Shown here: in pieces, positions 46,534 to 52,238 of the stretch
How positions within the stretch are numbered: the stretch's first letter is position 1
Layout of the letters: every line of letters begins with the position of its first letter
Origin: Acidimicrobiia bacterium
GTDB taxonomy: Bacteria; Actinomycetota; Acidimicrobiia; Spongiisociales; JAHEDJ01
Assembly (NCBI GenBank): GCA_029210695.1
Contig: JARGFH010000023.1
Coordinates: 1 to 52,238, forward strand
Reading direction: 5' to 3'
Length of the DNA stretch: 52,238 bases
Notes under the pieces: generated by a model
What the model was told of the DNA's origin: nothing
What the model saw: the letters and a program-made list of their open reading frames with translations, nothing else
The model's database searches: none
Program-made: the position numbers and the translations under genes

Positions 46534-47896
46534 CGGCGTCGGACAGGCTCTCGCTCATCGACGGGTGAACCATCAAGGTCTCGACGAGCACGTCTACTTT
46601 CAATCGGCCCTGGACCGCCAGGGCCAGGATCCCGATCAACTCCGAGGCCCGGTGACCCACGATGGTCCCGCCCAGCACCACGTGAGTCGCCGGATCCGAA
46701 ATGACCTTGGCAAACCCGCGCGTCACGCTCTGGATGACGCTTCTCGAATTGGCCGCGAACGGCACCTTGGTCAGGCGGACCTTTCGGCCCTCGGCCGCCG
46801 CAACCGCCTCATCGAGGCCGACTGAGGCAATCTCGGGAGTGGTGAAGATCGCCTGGGCCACCTTCGAGTAATCGAGCGGTATCACCGGTCGTCCCATCGC
46901 ATGACGGGCGATTTTGCGCCCTTGCATCGATGCCACAGACGAGAGCGGCATCTGCCCGGTCACATCTCCGGCGGCGTAGATGTGGGGGACCGACGTGCGC
47001 TGGTAGGTGTCGACAGGAATGAAGCCGCTCTCGTCGGTTTCGACTCCAACGGACTCCAGGCCGAGTCCTGCCGTCAGCGGCACCGATCCGATGGCGAGCA
47101 ACGCGTGGGAGCCTTCGACTCGCCGACCGTCGTCGGTCTCCACAACGACCCGATCGTCCGTCCGCACGGCGCTCGTTGCCCGTGCTCCTATGACCAGGCG
47201 CACACCGCGTTCCAGGAAGTCCTCTTCCACCAGCGCGGCAACTTCGGCGTCACGATGGGGAAGCACTTGCTGACGGCTAACGACGAGCGTGACCTTGCTA
47301 CCAAGGCTGACAAAAATGTGCACGAACTCAACACCGGTCACGCCGGACCCGACGATTACAATGTGCTCCGGCACAACATCGAGGTCGTAGCAGTCCCTGG
47401 TAGTCAAAATCCGCTCACCGTCGATGGTCGCCCACCCGGGAATCCGCGGAGCCGAACCGGTTGAGATCATGCCGGTGTCGAACTCAAACTCGCGAGTCCC
47501 CAGCTCGGTCTCCACAACTGCTTGATTCAGGCCTGTGAATCGGCCGGTTCCCATGACGATGTCGACACCCTGAGACTGCAGCATCCGGATCGCGCCGCGC
47601 TCGAGGTTCCCCGAAATACTCCTGATCCGGTCGGCGAGACGGTCCAGATCGACCTCTCCCGGCAACGACGTCAGCCCGAGTTCGGCGGCGTTTCGCAGCG
47701 AATCCATCCTCACCGACGTGGCGTGCATGGTCTTGGAAGGAATGCAATCCCAGAGATGGGCTGCGCCGCCAACGACATCCTTCTCAACAAGAGTGACCTG
47801 AGCACCGAGCGTGGCGGCAATGGTGGCTGCGGTGGTGCCGGCCGGACCACCCCCGACGATCAGGAAACGCTTCGCGTCTTCGCTGTTCATATTCAC
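46526..47896 (-). CDS. NAD(P)H-quinone dehydrogenase (mycobacterial LpdA-like flavoprotein)
   Basis: GGGPAG and GGAAHLWDCIPSK (first redox Cys absent, as in LpdA/Rv3303c), GSGVTGVEF, ASMQGR. Confidence 0.88.
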   Translation of the reverse strand: MNMNSEDAKRFLIVGGGPAGTTAATIAATLGAQVTLVEKDVVGGAAHLWDCIPSKTMHATSVRMDSLRNAAELGLTSLPGEVDLDRLADRIRSISGNLERGAIRMLQSQGVDIVMGTGRFTGLNQAVVETELGTREFEFDTGMISTGSAPRIPGWATIDGERILTTRDCYDLDVVPEHIVIVGSGVTGVEFVHIFVSLGSKVTLVVSRQQVLPHRDAEVAALVEEDFLERGVRLVIGARATSAVRTDDRVVVETDDGRRVEGSHALLAIGSVPLTAGLGLESVGVETDESGFIPVDTYQRTSVPHIYAAGDVTGQMPLSSVASMQGRKIARHAMGRPVIPLDYSKVAQAIFTTPEIASVGLDEAVAAAEGRKVRLTKVPFAANSRSVIQSVTRGFAKVISDPATHVVLGGTIVGHRASELIGILALAVQGRLKVDVLVETLMVHPSMSESLSDAAS

Positions 47897-47897
47897 C

Positions 47898-49454
<1,557 letters not shown>

Positions 49455-49508
49455 CGTTGTACTCCCTCAGCCGGGTATCCTGATATGGCTGTTCAGAGAA
49501 TATACCCT

Positions 49509-49534
49509 GCAACTTTCCCAGGCCCCGATCCGTT
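49509..49534 (+). promoter_or_regulatory. Putative ECF-sigma promoter of the PBP gene
   Basis: GCAAC-N17-CGTT ending 8 nt before an ATG that has no SD. Confidence 0.4.
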
Positions 49535-49542
49535 AGAACCTC

Positions 49543-52107
49543 ATGGCATCGAGATCCCCAATTCACGAGATGGAACGTCGCGAGCGGCGCGGCAAGTGGT
49601 TCGTCGCGCTGGCGACGCTGCTGTCAATCGCCGTTATTTCCTCGACCTGGATTGGTCTCTTTTCATTCATGGGGGCCAACGCCGCCTTCGGCACATTCCA
49701 GGATCTCGACGAGAAGTACATCCCGGATGTCAATGCGCAACTCCTCGAGCTCCCCGACCTGTCCCGCGTCTCGCGCATGTACACGCTGGACGGAACACTT
49801 CTGGCCGTGCTGCACGACGGTCGGGTCAGCGAGCCGGTGCCGTACGACGAGATCCCGGAACTCGTCGTCAACGCAGTGCTGGCCGCAGAAGACGCTGAGT
49901 TCTTCCAACACGAGGGCATCGACGCAGCCGCTATTGCCAGTGCCTTCATAGACAACCTTCGCTACGACACGAGCCGTGGTGGCTCGACGATCACTCAGCA
50001 GGTAGTCAAGAAGGTGTTCGTCGGCGAGGAGATCTCCTACGAGCGGAAGATCATCGAAGCGGTTACCGCGATCGAGTTGGAGCGACGCTACACCAAGGAA
50101 CAGATCCTCGAGTTCTATGTGAACTTCGTGTACTTCGGATCATCTGCGTACGGCATCACTGCCGCCGCCCACGAATTCTTCGAGAAGGATCTCGATCAGC
50201 TGACCATCGCAGAGGCTGCCACGCTGGCAGTCCTTCCCCGTAACCCGACCGTCTACGACCCCCGCCGCTCGCCGGAGGACGCCGAGGATCGGCGCAACGA
50301 CGTGATCACCACCATGATGCAACACGAGTTCATCACCCAGGACGAAGGCAGACTGGCTCAGGCATACCCGTTCATCATCGCCGAGCCGAAGCAGTTCACG
50401 GGCCCCGCCGACCACGTGGTGGCCGAGGTCAAGAAGCAACTCCTCAACGACGCCGAGTTCTCGTTCCTTGGCACCACAAAAGACGAACGGAAGAAGGCCA
50501 TCTTCGGCTGCCCTGCCGATGACGTTGTGTGTGAGGGCGGGGGTGGTCTCCAGGTGTACGTCACCATCGACCTCGAGATGCAGAAGATCGCCAACGAGAT
50601 GTTGACATCCTGGCTCCCGCAACCGGACACGAGCGCACTGTCGGAGAGCGAACTGCAGGACTGCATCGACCGGTATAACGCCACCGTCACCCCGGTACCC
50701 GAAGTCGATCGGCTGCACTGCGCCCCGACCGGAGCCATCGCCATGGTCGACAACGCCACGGGCGCGGTCAAGGTCATGGCGTCCGGATTGCCGTTCGCTC
50801 AGGAGCAGTTCGACTACGCAGTCCAGGGCAGGCGAAACCCGGGATCTTCCTTCAAGCCGTTCACCCTCGTTGCCGCTCTGGAGTCCGGTATCCCGCTCGG
50901 CTCCTACTGGGACGCACGCAGCCCCAAGGAGATCGAGTGCCCCTACGTCTGCTCGAGTCGCGGCAATATCTGGGTCGTGAGCAATGCAGGTGGTGGCGGC
51001 GGCTTGATGAAGCTGTTCCAGGCGACCCACAACTCCGTGAACGTGGTGTTCGCTCAGGTCGCAATCGCCGTCGGACCCGAGAAGATCGTCGAAACCGCCC
51101 ATCGCATGGGCATCAAGTCCGACCTCGAAGCAGTGCCGTCCATCACGCTCGGCGCCGGCGCGGTGAGTCCGCTCGAGATGGCCTCCGCCTACGGCAACTT
51201 CGCCACCAACGGCGTATGGGCACCGTCCTACCTGATCGAACGTATCGACGGGCCGGACGGTGAGATCATTTACCAGCATCAAGTTGAGCATCAGCAGACC
51301 GTTGACCCGGCCGTCATCGCCGCCGCCCGCAAACCCCTCACGCTGGTCCCGACCGCGTCTGGAACTGCAGTCAGGGCCAATATCGGAAGGCCGCAGGGCG
51401 GCAAGACCGGCACCCATCAGAACTACATGGAGGCCTGGTACGTCGGATTCGTGCCTCAGTACGCCACCGCCGTGTGGGTGGGTTACCCCGACTTCCAGTA
51501 TCCGCTGCGCAACGTGGTCATCAACGGCCAGGCCTACTCGCGGATCTTCGGAGGAACCGTTCCCGCTCCGATCTGGGCAGAGTTCATGAACATCGTGCTC
51601 GCCGACGAGCCGGCCCTCGATTGGCCTGCCGATCCGGCCGGTACCTCACAGTATCTCTCCACTCCGTCCACCGATGTCCCGGCCGTCGAGGGAATGACCG
51701 TAAAAGAGGCCTCGGAAGAGATCTACAACGCTCACCTCTCCCCCGCCGTGGTCGAGGTCAACTCGCTCGAACCCGAGGGCACCGTGCTACTGCAGACCCC
51801 TGAGGCAGGAGCTTCGGTTGCGCAGGGTTCCTCGGTGTCGATTGAAGTCTCGACCGGCCTCCCACCATCGGCGCCTTTCATCGACCTGCGCGGCCAGACC
51901 GTCGACGAGGTCATCGCTGCGCTGCGGACGTTCGAGGAGGAAACGGGCGTTGCCCTCTCGTTCTCGAGGCAGACCGTCGACACCGACGATCCGGCATTGG
52001 CCGACCGCGTGATCTCTACGAACCCGGCCGCCGGTGGCACGGTAACCCACAGCCAGACCATCACGATCTTCGTGGGCAATCTGGTCGAGAAGAAGGCGAA
52101 GCCGTAG
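49543..52107 (+). CDS. Class A penicillin-binding protein (transglycosylase + transpeptidase + PASTA)
   Basis: AAEDAEFFQHEGID, GGSTITQQVVK, SSFK, SVN, KTGT, two C-terminal PASTA-like repeats. Confidence 0.96.
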   Translation: MASRSPIHEMERRERRGKWFVALATLLSIAVISSTWIGLFSFMGANAAFGTFQDLDEKYIPDVNAQLLELPDLSRVSRMYTLDGTLLAVLHDGRVSEPVPYDEIPELVVNAVLAAEDAEFFQHEGIDAAAIASAFIDNLRYDTSRGGSTITQQVVKKVFVGEEISYERKIIEAVTAIELERRYTKEQILEFYVNFVYFGSSAYGITAAAHEFFEKDLDQLTIAEAATLAVLPRNPTVYDPRRSPEDAEDRRNDVITTMMQHEFITQDEGRLAQAYPFIIAEPKQFTGPADHVVAEVKKQLLNDAEFSFLGTTKDERKKAIFGCPADDVVCEGGGGLQVYVTIDLEMQKIANEMLTSWLPQPDTSALSESELQDCIDRYNATVTPVPEVDRLHCAPTGAIAMVDNATGAVKVMASGLPFAQEQFDYAVQGRRNPGSSFKPFTLVAALESGIPLGSYWDARSPKEIECPYVCSSRGNIWVVSNAGGGGGLMKLFQATHNSVNVVFAQVAIAVGPEKIVETAHRMGIKSDLEAVPSITLGAGAVSPLEMASAYGNFATNGVWAPSYLIERIDGPDGEIIYQHQVEHQQTVDPAVIAAARKPLTLVPTASGTAVRANIGRPQGGKTGTHQNYMEAWYVGFVPQYATAVWVGYPDFQYPLRNVVINGQAYSRIFGGTVPAPIWAEFMNIVLADEPALDWPADPAGTSQYLSTPSTDVPAVEGMTVKEASEEIYNAHLSPAVVEVNSLEPEGTVLLQTPEAGASVAQGSSVSIEVSTGLPPSAPFIDLRGQTVDEVIAALRTFEEETGVALSFSRQTVDTDDPALADRVISTNPAAGGTVTHSQTITIFVGNLVEKKAKP

Positions 52108-52123
52108 GCGCGAGCAAGTTCTA

Positions 52124-52238
52124 TGTCATAGGGGGAGAGGCTCAGGACATCGTTGGCGGAAAGGCTCAGGACATCGTTGGCGTTTGATCACCCTGTCGGT
52201 CGTGTCGAGACCGGGAGATCCTTGTGGCTGTCAGCGAG
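52124..52238 (+). mobile_element. Left end of an IS481-family-like element with start of transposase (GTG 52224, VAVSE...)
   Basis: Begins TGTCATA. Two 21-bp direct repeats AGGCTCAGGACATCGTTGGCG (52138-52158, 52162-52182). GGGAG SD, then an ORF running off the window edge. Confidence 0.7.

Noticed and set aside
49455..49542. Cobalamin riboswitch upstream of the mutase
   Set aside because: The spacer is only 88 bp and lacks B12-box motifs.
52138..52182. CRISPR array
   Set aside because: Two 21-bp repeats separated by 3 bp, with no spacers or cas genes. Better explained as an IS end.

Overview
GC-rich actinobacterial chromosomal segment, most consistent with a deep-branching class such as Acidimicrobiia (inferred from gene order: cofD/cofE, GT2-DUF5719-DUF3499-manB-Trm112-SIS-ahcY-comF-hpf-secA-prfB-ftsEX-smpB-ssrA, rph-rdgB). 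It looks like a scaffold: it has one 98-N gap and ends at the tips of two insertion sequences (IS3/IS6110-like right end at 1-76, IS481-like left end at 52124-52238). Most of it is housekeeping: translation quality control, Sec export, cell division, cell-envelope glycosylation, F420 synthesis, acyl-CoA carboxylase and methylmalonyl-CoA mutase. The most interesting observations are six. (1) A translationally coupled response regulator / HEAT-repeat / HD-GYP module sits between hpf and secA, and its HEAT and HD-GYP proteins share a homologous, unnamed N-terminal domain. (2) A phosphomannomutase is fused in frame to a Trm112-like zinc domain. (3) Heptamer repeat arrays recur in intergenic regions, mostly just after stop codons, and one accompanies a 110-bp duplicate of an epimerase 3' end. 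(4) Three tiny zinc-binding proteins lie in tandem. (5) Two tandem small ORFs have strong Shine-Dalgarno sites. (6) The prfB +1 programmed frameshift is intact. All family calls come from motif recognition, not database searches.
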